DNA of 64,000 bases from Eledone cirrhosa (Eukaryota): NCBI GenBank assembly GCA_964016885.1, contig OZ024743.1:192882001-192946000 (forward strand). The letters run 5' to 3'. How positions within the stretch are numbered: position 1 is the stretch's first letter; each line of letters starts with the position of its first letter. Shown here piece by piece: positions 27,838 through 41,951 of the stretch. A program made the translations under genes and the position numbers. The notes below the pieces were generated by a model. It was given only the letters and a program-made list of their open reading frames with translations, ran no database searches and was not told the origin of the DNA.

Positions 27838-30800
27838 ATTCCTACTACTACCAATGATTATTTTTATGCCATTCTAAATATAATTTTGGTGCAGGAAGTT
27901 TACATTTTGTGTGAAATACTACATCCGCTTACACGCTAAATGATGGTTAAGATATGAATATCGAATGAAATTTTGAAAGTAACCATAACAAAAGCTTTTC
28001 AGATTCAGAGAATATCAAACACTGGACTGTAGCACCTATCTCAAAGATTTGTGCAGTTCTAAAATTTCTTAAAATAAACCCTAATTACTACTCATAAAAT
28101 TCGTAAAACAAAATTTGACGGGAATTCTACAACAGAACTTGCTCTCCACTTGACACGCGAATTTATCATTTTTATCCTCTTTTATTTGGTAGTAAAAGAC
28201 GTTAAGATTGGTGATATTAGTCAAATTACTAGTAACATCATTATTCAACTAAATGCATTACTTGATACTCGAATAAATAAAAGTAAAGTGTAGGACCAGA
28301 TGGTCAAGCTTTAGCTGTTTCGATAAATGGCTCCATTCAAATATCGAAACGGTGTAAGCTTGTGCGTCGGGTTCACATGTAATAATAATGGTTTGTGCTT
28401 TAGGCACAAGGCCAGCAATTTTGCGGGAGGAGAAAGTCAATTAAATCGACCTCAGTGTATTACTGGTACTTTATTTTATCGACCCCGTAAGGATGAAAGG
28501 TGAAGCTAACCTTGGCGGGATTTGAACTCAGAACGTAAAGGGCCGTGCGTTCTGACTTCAAATCCCAACGAAACCACTGAGGACAATACAATAAACAGAG
28601 AAAGATGTGTGAAGAGAGAATGAAAACAGATAACAATTAACAACAAATTTATAACAACAGAATTCCCCAATAGAGAGGAACACCACCAAGGGGTAATGAG
28701 GAACCTCATAGATCCTAGATCACCTAAATCACCAAAGGCACCGTTGGCAAGCGCCCTTCTCTCCTCTATCCTCTCCAGCCTACAGTTGCATGTTCAGACT
28801 AGGCGTTTTCACTCGGACCATTCTTGTTACATTCATCCCAGCTCAACTCTGATCGAATAGAAATATAATCGAAGGCTTTCCAATCGCGACCATTCTGCTT
28901 TTTTAGAAGTATCTAGGACTAAACTATCTAATGTCTTTTTTATGATGAATTGAGTGTGGTTTGGTTGCTATTTCTTGCAAATAGAATGATCATGTAAAGG
29001 CCATCTCGTCTGATTACGTTGTTGTTATTTAAACCCCAGTTGAACCCTGTTCGACTCAAACCTATGCTGAAAGGTGCTCTTACCTTGCTAGTAATATAGG
29101 GAACTACATTACCCAGCAGGTCTATGAGGGTGGGTTTAGATGATTTAAAAGAGATTTGTTTGCAAACGCTTGTTTAATATTTGTTATGCGTGGATGGACA
29201 GAATCAGTAGATGACTTGATCCCTGCTTCCTCAACATAGTCACGAATGAGCATGAGTTTTGCAATTTGAAAGTTCCCATCTGAGGCACTAACGCGGGCAA
29301 GGTGTTTTTGTGGAAAACCAGCAGTCGCCCATACATACCAGTTTTCCCATAACACTGATGTTGTCTAAGGTAAAGGGAAATATCGATACAGCTTGGCAAC
29401 AATAACTAATAACAACGTGAAATAAAGTGTCTTGCTCAGAGACACAACCCACCACTAGTCCGGGAATCGAACTCACAAACTCATAATTGTGAATCCAACG
29501 CTCTAGCCCCTAAGCCATGCGTTTTCACCCCCACACTCCCGTCTATTAAACAAACTCGTTTAATATTTAGATTTAGTTTCATATCCTCATATTCTGGGGT
29601 CAAATCCTGCAGGCTTTCAACTTTATTTTTCATGTTTCTTGTGTCGATAAAATGATCCTCGGTCGGTTTCGACGCTGAGCATTCCGTTGTTGGGTCAGCT
29701 GAAATTCCAACTCGTTAATTAGCATGCAAGTGGTTGTGCATTTCACATACACGTGTACCCTTACCGAAATTCTGAAGCTGAATCAGTGTAACACATTGAA
29801 TTACATTTTTTCCAACTCCCCAATTTCACTTACAATGCTTGGGTCAATTCTAGTCTATGGTCTTCTTTTTGTGTATAAGTTGGTCTAAAGTTGTCGTTTG
29901 CTTGATCGAGATCATAGATCAATGATCAGTTTCCTCTAGGTTATGGTGGGCCTCTAGATTATGGTGAAGACGCTTGCCCAAAATGTACAATTTATGTACA
30001 TGTTATGTTTATCGCATATCGGAATTCTTTATAACTTGGTTGATATTTGATAATAACAGCTAAACTCATCACTACAACTAAATTGACTCCCCTCCACCCC
30101 ACCCCATTCAGAAATGCTTCCACCACCCCTGTTACTAGAAATAACAGCTAAATATCTTTCGAATCTCTTAAATGTAGAAAGGCACGCAATCCTGCATACA
30201 CTTTATCCAAGACGACATGGTTACGTAATCCTAGATACATTGTATCTAAAATGAGGTAGTCGGGATTGGAACAGGTTTGGCCATAGGTATACTCGATCAA
30301 AACTGACTTGTTGCTAAAATAACATCAACAACCTCACTTCAGTGGATCACACTGAAGTATATGTATGAGTCCCTCATTAGGAAGAGCTATCAACCATAAA
30401 GCACCTACTGTATGAACATATGTGGACTCGTTTGACACATTGTAGTATAGAAACAGATGTAAACGTACACACATACGCATACATGTACATACACACATAC
30501 ACACACATACACACGTACATACATGCGCGCGCGCGCACGCACATACACACACTCTCATGCATATATACGCGTAGTCACACATGCACATAGACCCGCACAC
30601 GCACCTATAATTACACACAAATTCACGCGCACGCATGCACCCACTTAAACACACACATTCGCCTGCAGCCACACACGCACTTGCACACATACACACACAC
30701 ACACGTTTGCACATACCAACATATCACTGACCCTGATCATGCAGTTGTAGGGTTGCCGTGGTGATATAAGCTGTGTTGGACATTTTAAATCCTATGGCGT

Positions 30801-30864
30801 CTCACCTCCCTCCAGGGTTAAACTCAGGAGTGAAAGTAAAATCAACACAAACAATGGATATATA

Positions 30865-30924
<60 letters not shown>

Positions 30925-31290
30925 GGGTTTAATCAGGGTGGCCACAGTATGTGAAGTACTCAATACATTAGTTGAGTATATACAAAATTTAATATAGAAA
31001 TGGCTTCTACAGGACTAAAACTGTTTCATTCGTAAGAAATCATCTGGAAAGCCCTGATGATTTCTTATGAATGAAACAGTTCTAGTCCTGTACTCTAAAT
31101 ATAGCTTTTAAAGAATTCCCTTTTCTTTAAACCCATCAACCAATGACCTCCACCCATTCCAATCCCCATCCTCTCCTACCACCAGAAAATATATAAATAC
31201 CACCATATTACTTGGACAGTCAGCTTCCTGATGATTTCTCAGGAATAAAACAGTTCTAATCCTGTAGAAGATTTTCTATATTAAATATAT
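30925..31290. mobile_element. PLE terminal-repeat cluster (inverted plus partial tandem copies)
   Basis: Arms 31008-31043 / 31055-31092. CTGATGA at 31054 and 31228. Homologous to 17859-18020. Confidence 0.7.
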
Positions 31291-31455
31291 ATATATAGAA
31301 TAACCTTTACAAAGTTCGCTAAGGGCAGACTCCTAGCAGAGTAACCTAAAATAAACACGCTCTAGTAGTAAGAAATTCTCAAGGGAGCTGGGAAGCAGGT
31401 CTTCAGAGAAGAAACTCCCGCTTCCTCAAGCGAGTATTTCGACCCTTAGCTTCTC

Positions 31456-31547
31456 GCCATTACTGCAGTTTCATCCGATAAGACAATATTGGCTATTCTG
31501 TTATATAGGATGGACACTATCAAGGAAATTCGGAATCATCCGATAGC
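31456..31547 (-). ncRNA. Hammerhead motif with long stem II and one core substitution
   Basis: Minus strand: gctat-CGGATGA-ttccga...tcggat-GAAA-c-tgca-g-TA-atggc. Confidence 0.6.
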
Positions 31548-31592
31548 TTCTTTGAAAGTATAGATTAATATTTACCTGTTAATATATGTATG

Positions 31593-31686
<94 letters not shown>

Positions 31687-31737
31687 CATACATATATTAA
31701 CAGGTAAATATTAATCTATACTTATAAATAGTATCAT

Positions 31738-31807
<70 letters not shown>

Positions 31808-33734
31808 ATGATACTATTTATAGTTATGTATATACTATAAACAGGAAAGGTCAGTAATTTCATACTACCTTATTACCAGTAAGAGGAATAGCTCAATGTA
31901 AGAACATCAGGTGTTTTACAGAGCAGGAATATAAATTACACAATTATCAAAGTTATGTTCAAATCATTTAATTGCTGACAATCGTTTCTTCCAAACTTTC
32001 GTTTGGAATCATCGGAGCATTATCAATGTTTGTACATATAATTAACCTCCTATTCAACTGAACAATCATATAGATACATATATATTGTTGTTGTGAGCAA
32101 CAGTTTCGTATTTACAGGGTGTAATGGATGCGACATATATTATACGAGTATTGTACAAAATTTCAAATTAAAATTAAAAGCACAGAGTGGAATACATGCG
32201 ACAGATAATACAAGAGAATAGTATAATAATTAAAGAGGCATTGAGAAAGAAGCATTGAGAAAGAATGAGTACATTAGCAGTACATATGCAAGCGTATAGA
32301 AAGTGCACATGCGTTAGTCATATATATGAGAAGGAAATAAGCAAAGGTATTAGGCATATATAGATAAATAAATAAATACTGTATGGCAAGCAAATGTGTT
32401 AATGTATTAAACATTTATGGCGGATGTAATATGATGATAGTGTTTGAATTTGTGTGTGTTGAGAAAATCGAAGTTATTGAAGTCTTTTCCATTACATATG
32501 TTAAATTATATTTTAGTTAATGTTTATATTGAATGTTTTAAGTTAGTTACAGCAATGGATTGTAAATTGGTCTTATGGTATTCTTATTCATGGATTAGAG
32601 TTGTTCAACAGGTAGTTTTTCCAACGGTTTAATTTCCGGAGGTGAGTATGAGATCCAAGATTAAGGGGAGCTAATGCGTAAGGGGAGGTAACTAGATAAT
32701 TAAATTCAATTCAATTATTTAAATTCTTTGCTCTAATACACATTATATTGTGATACAAGTGAATCTCTATTACATAATGTTATATATTTATACTTAATTT
32801 TAAATACAGTCTATTTTCCTATAATACATTAAAGGTCTCATTTCCTCTATTTCCTCTATCCTATTAAATAAGGCTTTAATTATGGCCATGAACAATAGTG
32901 ACCTGACTAGATCCCAAATTGATGTCATACTTGCGGCCCGAAAAACCATATTTACATTTGAAGATTAATTATAGACCCGCAAAGATATACATAACAACTT
33001 TGACATAACTATGGGATCTAGTGATTCGGCGCAGGTCACTGATTTGGTGGGCCTATATCTACTAAATGTAATTCATAAGAACCTACCCTACCTCAATGGT
33101 GGTTTATACCGCGATGATGCACTACTCCTTATAGGCTATAACAAATTTAATATAGAAAGAACTAGGGAACAATTACATAAAATTTTCAAAAACTTCAACT
33201 TAAGTATCATCTTAGATAAAAAACACTAAAAACTTTAACTTCCTTTGTGCTACCCTTTGCCTGGACTCTAAAATATTGTGTTAAAAGTTAATCCCTTATA
33301 TACAATGCTATTAATTTATATATTTAGTTATAAATGTATATATAATTTATTATTATTATATTGTGTTAAAAGTAAATCCCTTATATACAATGCTATTAAT
33401 TTAAATATTTAATTATAAATGTACATATAATTTATTATTACATATTACATTAAATGTCTCTACATATTATATATCCATTACTGTATATAATATAATTAAG
33501 CTATAGTAGTTATATTAAAAGGTGGTAACTTTGTTTATTTCTAATAGTTACTGTAGAGTATAAGGTTAGAGATAAATAGGAGTTGTGTAGAGGAAAGAGC
33601 TGATCAAAGAGTGTGTTGCTGTGGGGGCTGATAAGCCCTAGAGGTGAAGTGTTAATGGTGGTGAGGAATTCAAATCTGATATTGTTATATACTAGCGGTT
33701 AGGTTTAAAGTTATGGAACGAGTGTCGGTAGTGG

Positions 33735-35345
33735 TGCTGGCATGAGGAAAATACCTCTGATTTTCTATTTAGGAGGTCCAGTTTCGAAAAGATTATAGTA
33801 CGGGTCTCTAGAAGACAGAGGTTACACAATTTATTCGGTGGTTTATACGATGTGGCCCTACCTACTACTTTCCATTGAAGTGTAAATGGTCTATTCCTAG
33901 TTTTCAGAGAGTGTACGTAGCTAGATAAAGAAGTGGAGTTGGCTAGATTGTGTTTTTTGAAAGAGTGGAGGTGCGAGTTGTATCTCGTCTTGAAGCAGTT
34001 CGAAGTAAAGCCAATATATGTTTTAGAAGAGTTGTTTGCGTTGACCGTGCATGAGTAAATGATGTCTTTGATTAAGCAATTATTACCTAAGGGGCAATTT
34101 GTATTAGTTCTACAGTTACATTTATTCTGGATCTTTGCTTGCCGGTTACTATGTTGTGTAGAAGTCTGGTTACTAGGGATAGCATTAGGGTAATGATGGT
34201 TGTCATTCCTATTGTTATTGATTTCATTAGTGCTATTACCATTATTACTATTATTACTACTAGGATTTACAGGTACTAAGTTTACCTCCTGTTGTGTTTT
34301 AATTGGTTGGAAATAATTATTAATCTTCCTTTTATTACTACTAGCTATATGGTATGCGATGTTAGGTGTGATAGAGTAAGAGATTTTAATGGTATTTTTA
34401 TTGGTAAGATTATGGTATTTGTGGCCGGATGGGAAGTTTTTTTCTAAGATTGAGAAGAAAGCCTTAGGAAAGTTGGTAGAGACGTTTAGATTGAAAGAGG
34501 GATTGAAGAATGTATTAGTTCTTCTATTTTTGTTTTTTGTAATGTTTTTTTTAGGTATTTGTATTCCTGTTTATATTATTATTGTGGTGTTTACTTTGAT
34601 GCGAGTTAAGTTTGATATTACCCTTCGTATTAGAGTTATAGTGGCTAGTACTTTTATTATTTTTCCTCGTGGCCATATTGTGAGAAATAATGTTGTAACT
34701 ATGTGATTTTATAGGTAGGAATTCAATAGCATTCTTATGTCCTGATTTAGCTAAGGACTCATTATAGTATTGGGAATTATTGTTAAATATGGTTTCATTA
34801 TATGATAGATTAGAGATTCTATTAGATATTCCTTTAGTAATTGAGCTTAATATGGATTTAGGGTGGTTAGAGTTGGTATTCACATAAATTAGTTTTTCGT
34901 TTGGTTTATGAAAGCGTGTGTATATTTTAGAGTCCAGGCAAAGGGTAGCATCAAGGAAGTTAACGTGTTTAGTATTATTTATCTAAGGTGATAGTTAAGT
35001 TGAAGTTTTTTTAAATGTTATGTAATTGGTTCCTAGTTCTTTCTATATTAAATTTGTTATAGCCTATAAGGAGTAGTGCATCATCGCGGTATAAACCACC
35101 ATTGAGGTAGGGTAGGTTCTTATGAATTTCATTTAGTAGATATAGGCCCACCAAATCAGTGACCTGCGCCGAGTCACTAGATCCCATAGTTATGTCAAAG
35201 TTGTTATGCATATCTTTGCGGGTCCATAATTGATCTTCAAATGTAAATATGGTTTTTCGGGCCGTAAGTATGACATCAATTTGGGATCTAGTCAGGTCAC
35301 TATTGTTCATGGCCATAATTAAAGCCTTATTTAATAGGATAGGCG
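33735..35345 (-). pseudogene. PLE ORF 3' half: RT core, thumb and GIY-YIG endonuclease (Hydra-clade-like)
   Basis: FDITMGSSDSAQVTDLVGLYLL, GLYRDD, SNHPKSI..RISNLS. My translation of 34130-33735 gives CNCRTNTNCPLGNNCLIKDIIYSC...TYIGFTSNCFKTRYNSH...QWK...CNLCLLE...LLNRKSEVFSSCP. Confidence 0.88.
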
Positions 35346-36165
35346 AAATAGAGGAAATGAGACCTTTAATGTATTACAGGAAAATAGACTGTATTTAAAA
35401 TTAAGTATAAATATATAACATTATGTAATAGAGATTCACTTGTATCACAATATAATGTGTATTAGAGCAAAGAATTTAAATAATTGAATTGAATTTAATT
35501 ATCTAGTTACCTACCCTACGCATTAGCTCCCCTTAATCTTGGATCTCATACTCACTTCCGGAAATTAAACCGTTGGAAAAACTACCTGTTGAACAACTCT
35601 AGTCCATGAATAAGAATACAATAAGACCAATTTACAATCCATTGCTGTAACTAACTTAAAACATTCAATATAAACATTAACTAAAATATAATTTAACATA
35701 TGTAATGGAAAAGACTTCAATAACTTCGATTTTCTCAACACACACAAATTCAAACACTATCATCATATTACATCCGCCATAAATTTTTAATACATTAACA
35801 CATTTGCTTGCCATACAGTATTTATTTATTTATCTATATATGCCTAATACCTTTGCTTATTTCCTTCTCATATAACGCATGTGCACTTTCAACACACTTG
35901 CATATGTACTGTTAATGTACTCATTCTTTCTCAATGCTTCTTTCTCAATGCCTCATTAATTATTAGACTATTCTCTTGTATTATCTGCCGCATGTATTCC
36001 ACTCTGTGCTTTTAATTTTAATTTGAAGTTTTGTACAATACTCGTTTAATATATGTCGTATCCATTACACCCTGTAAATACGAAACTGTTGCCCATAACA
36101 TCAATATATATGTATCTATATGATTGTTCGGTTGAATAGGAGGTTAATTATATGTACAAACATTG

Positions 36166-36220
36166 ATAATGCTCCGATGATTCCAAACGAAAGTTTGGAA
36201 GAAACGATTGTCAGCAATTA
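36166..36220 (+). ncRNA. Minimal hammerhead in the PLE terminal repeat (mirror copy at 31969-32023, minus strand)
   Basis: aatgct-CCGATGA-ttccaaac(gaaa)gtttggaa-GAAA-c-gatt-g-TC-agcaatt, with a perfect 8-bp stem II. Confidence 0.75.
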
Positions 36221-36426
36221 AATGATTTGAACATAACTTTGATAATTGTGTAATATATATATATATATATATATATATTTAAATAGAGGTGTGACACATG
36301 AGTTGTGATATATTAGTAAAAAGGAAAAGAAAATGGTGACAAATTTTTCCCAGTGAAAAATAGTTTAATTAGGAATAAGTATAAATTAGTAATAAGTATT
36401 AGTTATTATTCAGTTTTAGTTTTAAG

Positions 36427-36464
36427 TTTTTACCGGTTGCGCATTTCTTATGCTTTTCAAAAAT
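36427..36464 (-). ncRNA. Degenerate U3-A8 hammerhead (GAAA mutated to GCAA)
   Basis: Minus strand: ttt-TTGAAAA-gcat(aagaa)atgc-GCAA-ccgg-TA-aaa. Homologous to 12674-12711. Confidence 0.5.
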
Positions 36465-36505
36465 AATTTTGAGATAGAGTGCTCGTGATTTTTGCTCTAA
36501 TCTGA

Positions 36506-37465
36506 TTAGAGCAAAATTATTACTTGAACAGCTCTCTATCTAAAATCTGCAATCTCTGCCTAAATGAAAAATTTACCATTATCTCTAATCTAGATTCTAT
36601 AATAAATAGACGAACTGATTTGTTTTCTATCTGCTTGCATAAATTCCATAAAACATTTCACAAAGTATACAGCTAATATTCAATTCTTTATCAATTTAGA
36701 ATCTTTTTCTCAAAGGCACATATACATACACCTCTTTTAAAATATACCCATCTTCCTACCTTATTTCAAAGGGTATTATACACTCTATAATACTTGTTTA
36801 CTCATTACCCTTACTCTATTTTCACCTTGTAAAATCCTTCGTAACATATACATTTGTTTTGACGCCAGATTATTCATCCTTAATTCATTATTTTTTTCTC
36901 CCTATCATCTAACTCATTCTCAATACATATTAACTCTTTCTTCGCACATATTATCAATTCCTTCAATATACAAACCTTAACTTCACATTATTTTTCTCAA
37001 ATCCTTCAATACACAAACCTTAATTTTTTTTTCTCTTCGTTAATTTTCAAATTTCCATAATACTTGTAAACATACACACTTTTTTTTTTTACGTTAGAAT
37101 ATTCATCCGCAATTCATTATTTTATTCTCTCTATCATCAAACTCATTATTCTAAATACATATTAACTCCCTCTCCTTCGTCGCACATATTTTTCCCTTCG
37201 TTAATTTTCAAATTCTTTTAATTTATACACTATCTTCCAACGGTTTTCAACCTCTCTATGTAAAACAATATATCTTTCTCAGTTATAAAAACTATCTCTC
37301 TCTCTCTATCACCCATCTCTCCTCCTATCTCATCCTTCCTCATTATATTCCTCCCTCTCATCTCACCTTCACTCTCATCTCCTCCTCTTTTTTTTCATCC
37401 TTCCCCCCCCCCCTCTAAATAAAATATTTTTCCCAATATCACACATCAATCTAAAACTACTTCTC
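36506..37465 (+). mobile_element. 5'-truncated PLE: end of GIY-YIG domain plus pyrimidine-rich 3' UTR
   Basis: From 36539: SKICNLCLNEKFTIISNLDSIINRRTDLFSICLHK, the same CxxC..E..N.R..CxH motif as 33735-33840. Confidence 0.75.
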
Positions 37466-37527
37466 ATATGTTGATTTAAAACTGCACTATCCACAAGTGT
37501 TTTTTAGCCTTCATATCATGTCCTCCT

Positions 37528-37596
37528 GTTTTATCTGATGAAAACACAAATATTATTGCATGATGATGTTTGTTTTTGAAATGCGCATAATAAAAT
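37528..37596 (+). ncRNA. Minimal type-I hammerhead ribozyme
   Basis: gttttat-CTGATGA-aaacacaaatat..atgtttgttttt-GAAA-t-gcgc-a-TA-ataaaat. Host repeat 37466-37632 matches 4983-5137. Confidence 0.8.
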
Positions 37597-37720
37597 ACAT
37601 GGAACTCCTTTAACCATCTTTTGTTCTTATATATTATGTATACTCCAGTCCTACAAACTGTAGAGTGCTTCTTATCCGATATCTGCATTGCTTTATTGTA
37701 CTACAATAAAACTCACCTCC

Positions 37721-37810
<90 letters not shown>

Positions 37811-37827
37811 TAAATAAATAAATATAT

Positions 37828-37858
<31 letters not shown>

Positions 37859-37886
37859 AATATATATATATTTATATATATATATA

Positions 37887-37968
<82 letters not shown>

Positions 37969-38000
37969 GTTGGTAGAGTCCATAACACAAATCAAACCCC

Positions 38001-38062
38001 TTTTATAGCTCTGATGAATCCTACGGTTACACGTAAGGAAGAAACATTGTTAGCCAATAAAA
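38001..38062 (+). ncRNA. Minimal hammerhead motif in a 135-bp island between (TA)n tracts
   Basis: gct-CTGATGA-atcctacg(gttaca)cgtaaggaa-GAAA-c-att-g-TT-agc. Confidence 0.65.
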
Positions 38063-38095
38063 ATCTTTTGATGTTGTAGACGCTCTTGTGTTCTT

Positions 38096-38137
<42 letters not shown>

Positions 38138-38708
38138 TTTATTCAAAAAAAATCTAACTTGATTATATATACTGATTGCAATAAAAGAAAAAAGAAAAAG
38201 AAAAAGCAAAAAATTACATTGTAAAAGACTCTTCGCCTTAGCCCGTAAGAGAACGATTCAGCTGCGCCTCGCGGGCAACATGATGAAGGCATTTTCGCGA
38301 AAAATAGCCAGTGATACCCGCTGCATCAGCCACACAACTCATAGAATCCTTTCCTCAATAGGATGCATTCCTCCCAATTTCGCTGATGAAAATGGCAGTT
38401 CGAAGACCGAGTACACCAAAGGTCTCGACAGCAAGCGACACGAAAAGAAAGTGGTCAATCAGGTCCGTCCCAGTATTTGGCTATCTGCTTCATATACTTC
38501 AGGCTGGTGACGGGGAACGTGTCTCACAGCAAGTGGAAATTGAGCTTAGGTCTGATCTGCGAAGATATATGAAGATAGTAGGTACAATATACTCAAATTG
38601 GTAGTGTTATATTGGACTGGACCTCAGTCGGTTTCGATGATAAGTGTTAATGGAATTGCTTGCTTGTAAAATTAATGTGTAAGTCCCTAAGCACTCCGCT
38701 AACATACA

Positions 38709-39128
38709 TGGGTAAATACTCCGTTTCGGTCACGAATGACCATGGGATTTCGCCTAGAAAGTTCCCCTCCCAAGCACAACTCCGGGCAAGTTTGTTTGTG
38801 GAAGACCAGTAGTAGCCCATGCATACCAGTCTCCCCTCTCCACGCTACCGATGTTGTCCAAGGGAAAGGCAAAGGCTGATACAGCTTGGCACCTGTGACG
38901 TCACAACTCATTTCTACAGCTGAGTGAACTTCAGCGACGTGAAATAAAGTGTCTTGCTCAAGAACACAGCAAAGCCCGGTGTGAGAATCGAACTCACAAC
39001 CTCATTATTGTACAGCTGAGTGAACTTCAGCGACGTGAAATAAAGTGTCTTGCTCAAGAACACAGCAAAGCCCGGTGTGAGAATCGAACACACATCATTA
39101 TTGTAAATCCGATACTCTTACCACTAAC
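38709..39128 (-). mobile_element. tRNA-derived SINE with internal ~97-bp tandem duplication
   Basis: tacagctgagtgaac...cattattgta at 38915-39012 is repeated at 39011-39105. Related pieces at 14420-14545, 29230-29527, 50150-50226, 52480-52630. Confidence 0.8.
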
Positions 39129-39555
39129 ATACATATCCTTAACGTAATTCATTCACAAGGAATGAGTCGACCCGAAGCTATTAAAAATGACTACGAAGCG
39201 AACTCCTTAACCATTCAACCAGGCTGCAGTCACGTGTGATATAGTAGACAAATCTTGTCAGTTGTTGATAGCGGGGTTTAATGTATGAATTATTATAGCC
39301 TATGTATTTTACAGGTTTCTCCCCCCCCCCCCCACCTGTTCTCCTACAACCATCCCATCATGCCTATTTCTCACTCTTTTGTAACTTAACTGTCGAAGTG
39401 GTCAGTTCACTTTGCTTCGATTCTTCTTTGTCTCTTGTTAGTATTGGTTTCAGAACCATTGCTCGTAATAATCATTCTATTTCTTCTACGGTTTTCTCCC
39501 TAGAATTGTTTGTCGTGTTTTCTCTGCATTTCGTCGTAGGAGTTTTCATGTCCCT

Positions 39556-39835
39556 TAAGGCGTGTGGCTCTGTGGTTAGGCTAATGATCGTAAGGTCGCA
39601 CGTTGTGTCTTTGAGCAAGACACTTTATTTCACGTTTCTTCAGTCAACTCAGCTGACAAAATGAATTGTACTTGTAATTCGAAGAGCCAATCTTGTCACA
39701 TTCTGTGTCTCGCTGAATCTCCCTGAGAACTACTTTAAACGTACACGTATTTGTGGAATGCTCAGCCACTTGCACGTTAAGCAGGCTGTTCTGTTGATCG
39801 TATCAACAGGAATACTCGTCGTCGTAACCGACGAA
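39556..39835 (+). mobile_element. tRNA-derived SINE (ctccctgagaactac...cagccacttgcacg tail)
   Basis: Shared head aaggcgtgtggctc.gtggttagg and cttgagcaagacactttatttcacg. Related copies near 29660-29800, 62280-62470 and 63500-63690. Confidence 0.7.
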
Positions 39836-40780
39836 GAACCACACCGGTGTGTACATTTTTCGTCTTGTTTCTGTGTCCAATGAGTCGAAAAGACCTGATC
39901 TGTACCTTTATCTTGTCCAGTATCCGTTATGTTTTCATCCTGAATAGGTCTCTTTCTTTAGAGACTATCGGTGCCCTGGGGAGTATAGTGTTGTCTTTTA
40001 AAACACCCGAAGCTACAAATACACTCAGGAGACCTGTGATGAGTGGGAATTCTCCATTTGACAGACTTCTCCATGTTTTCTGTGTCCCCTGTTTGTTTCA
40101 TGTGTTAACTTTGGACTTATATGGATAAATATATAGATATACATGCATGCACATATACATGCATACATACAAGCATACATATGTATGCATACAAACATCG
40201 TGTGGGAGACTCGAATTTTCAAACTTACGAAAGCGCCTAGGAAATATATTTATAAAATGTAGGAAGCTCAGATGCTGAATAACATTACGATTACAGTCAG
40301 TTGCCATAAAATAGCTTATAAAAGTCAGATAAAGACCTCTAGAGACGGGAAAATGCCCATTAGCGGCCGCTACAAAGAATCAAACTCCGTACCTCCCAGA
40401 TACCGGCTAGGAGCTCTCTCTCTATCCATTGAGCGCATATGTCTCAATTTATGTTCACATTTATACACGTGAAGCAGTAACCTATGTTTAACCGAGTATA
40501 TATATATATGTATGTATCTGAGTATATTTTTATGTGGTCTATGTGTCTATGTGCGCATGCTAGCACTTGGCAGATCTCCACATGGCACATAGATATACAG
40601 AGGCGTGGGCGCACGCCAACTCACCCTGAAACACACATAGTTTTAACGTGGTTATAATCCTCCTCCTCCTTCTCCTCCTTCACCACCTCTTCCTCATCAT
40701 CATCATCAAAATCATCATTATCATCTTATAAGATGCTAGATGTTATTTGGATATACATACGCACACACACACACGCATAT

Positions 40781-40856
<76 letters not shown>

Positions 40857-41100
40857 CAGGATGGATTCAGTTTGAAACTGGTTAGACCATATATATATAT
40901 GTGTGAGTGTATATATATATATACATATATGAATCCGTAGAAGTATGTATGTATATGAGTGTATGCGTGCGCAGTACTCTGACAGCTTGGAATATAAGAC
41001 CTTGTGGAAAGCAAGTTAAACGGTATGGAATGGTGAAAAGAAATAGTTTTTTTTAGGCTACACGCATACCTTACACATCAACACATCAACACGCACACAC

Positions 41101-41131
<31 letters not shown>

Positions 41132-41276
41132 CACACACACACAGACACACATACATACACTCAAACACACACACACTTAATTAGGTGTAATATGCATTCA
41201 TAGACTCATATGTCCTCGTGTATATATGTATCTGAATACAAATCCCCATATATATATATACATATACACACACACA

Positions 41277-41362
<86 letters not shown>

Positions 41363-41441
41363 TATATACATATATATATTATATATATATATATACATAT
41401 ATACATATATACATATATATATATATGTATATGTATGTATA

Positions 41442-41481
<40 letters not shown>

Positions 41482-41526
41482 AATATATATGTATATATAT
41501 ATGTGTATATATATATTATATATATG

Positions 41527-41557
<31 letters not shown>

Positions 41558-41600
41558 GTATATATATGTGTATATATATATATTATATATATATATGTAT

Positions 41601-41689
<89 letters not shown>

Positions 41690-41951
41690 CGTGTGTGTTT
41701 GTTTCACATCCAACAGAAATAGTTTAAAATTATAAAAAGAAAACTGAGGAGGAAAATGAAAGGTAGAGGGTGAGATGAGGAAGGGGAGTAGAAGGGTTTA
41801 TCATAATAATAATTGAATGAGTGATTGGCGAATGAAAAGTGAGAATCAAAGACACAGAAAATATGTAGAAAGAGAGTAAAAGAAATTAAAGTATGGTTTT
41901 ACCCGTGAACCTAGTGTGGAAGCAAGTGGCTGAACATTCCACTGCTACAGA

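Larger units (their letters stand above)
31802..36254 (-). mobile_element. Rearranged Penelope-like element with 1.33-kb inverted arms, inserted in (TA)n
   Basis: 31935-33276 is the near-identical reverse complement of 34922-36254. RT and GIY-YIG coding remnants lie inside. Hammerheads sit near both outer ends. Confidence 0.9.

Noticed and set aside
38280-38604. Short ORFs with ordinary amino-acid composition
   Set aside because: No recognisable domain or exon support. Could be an unclassified repeat fragment.
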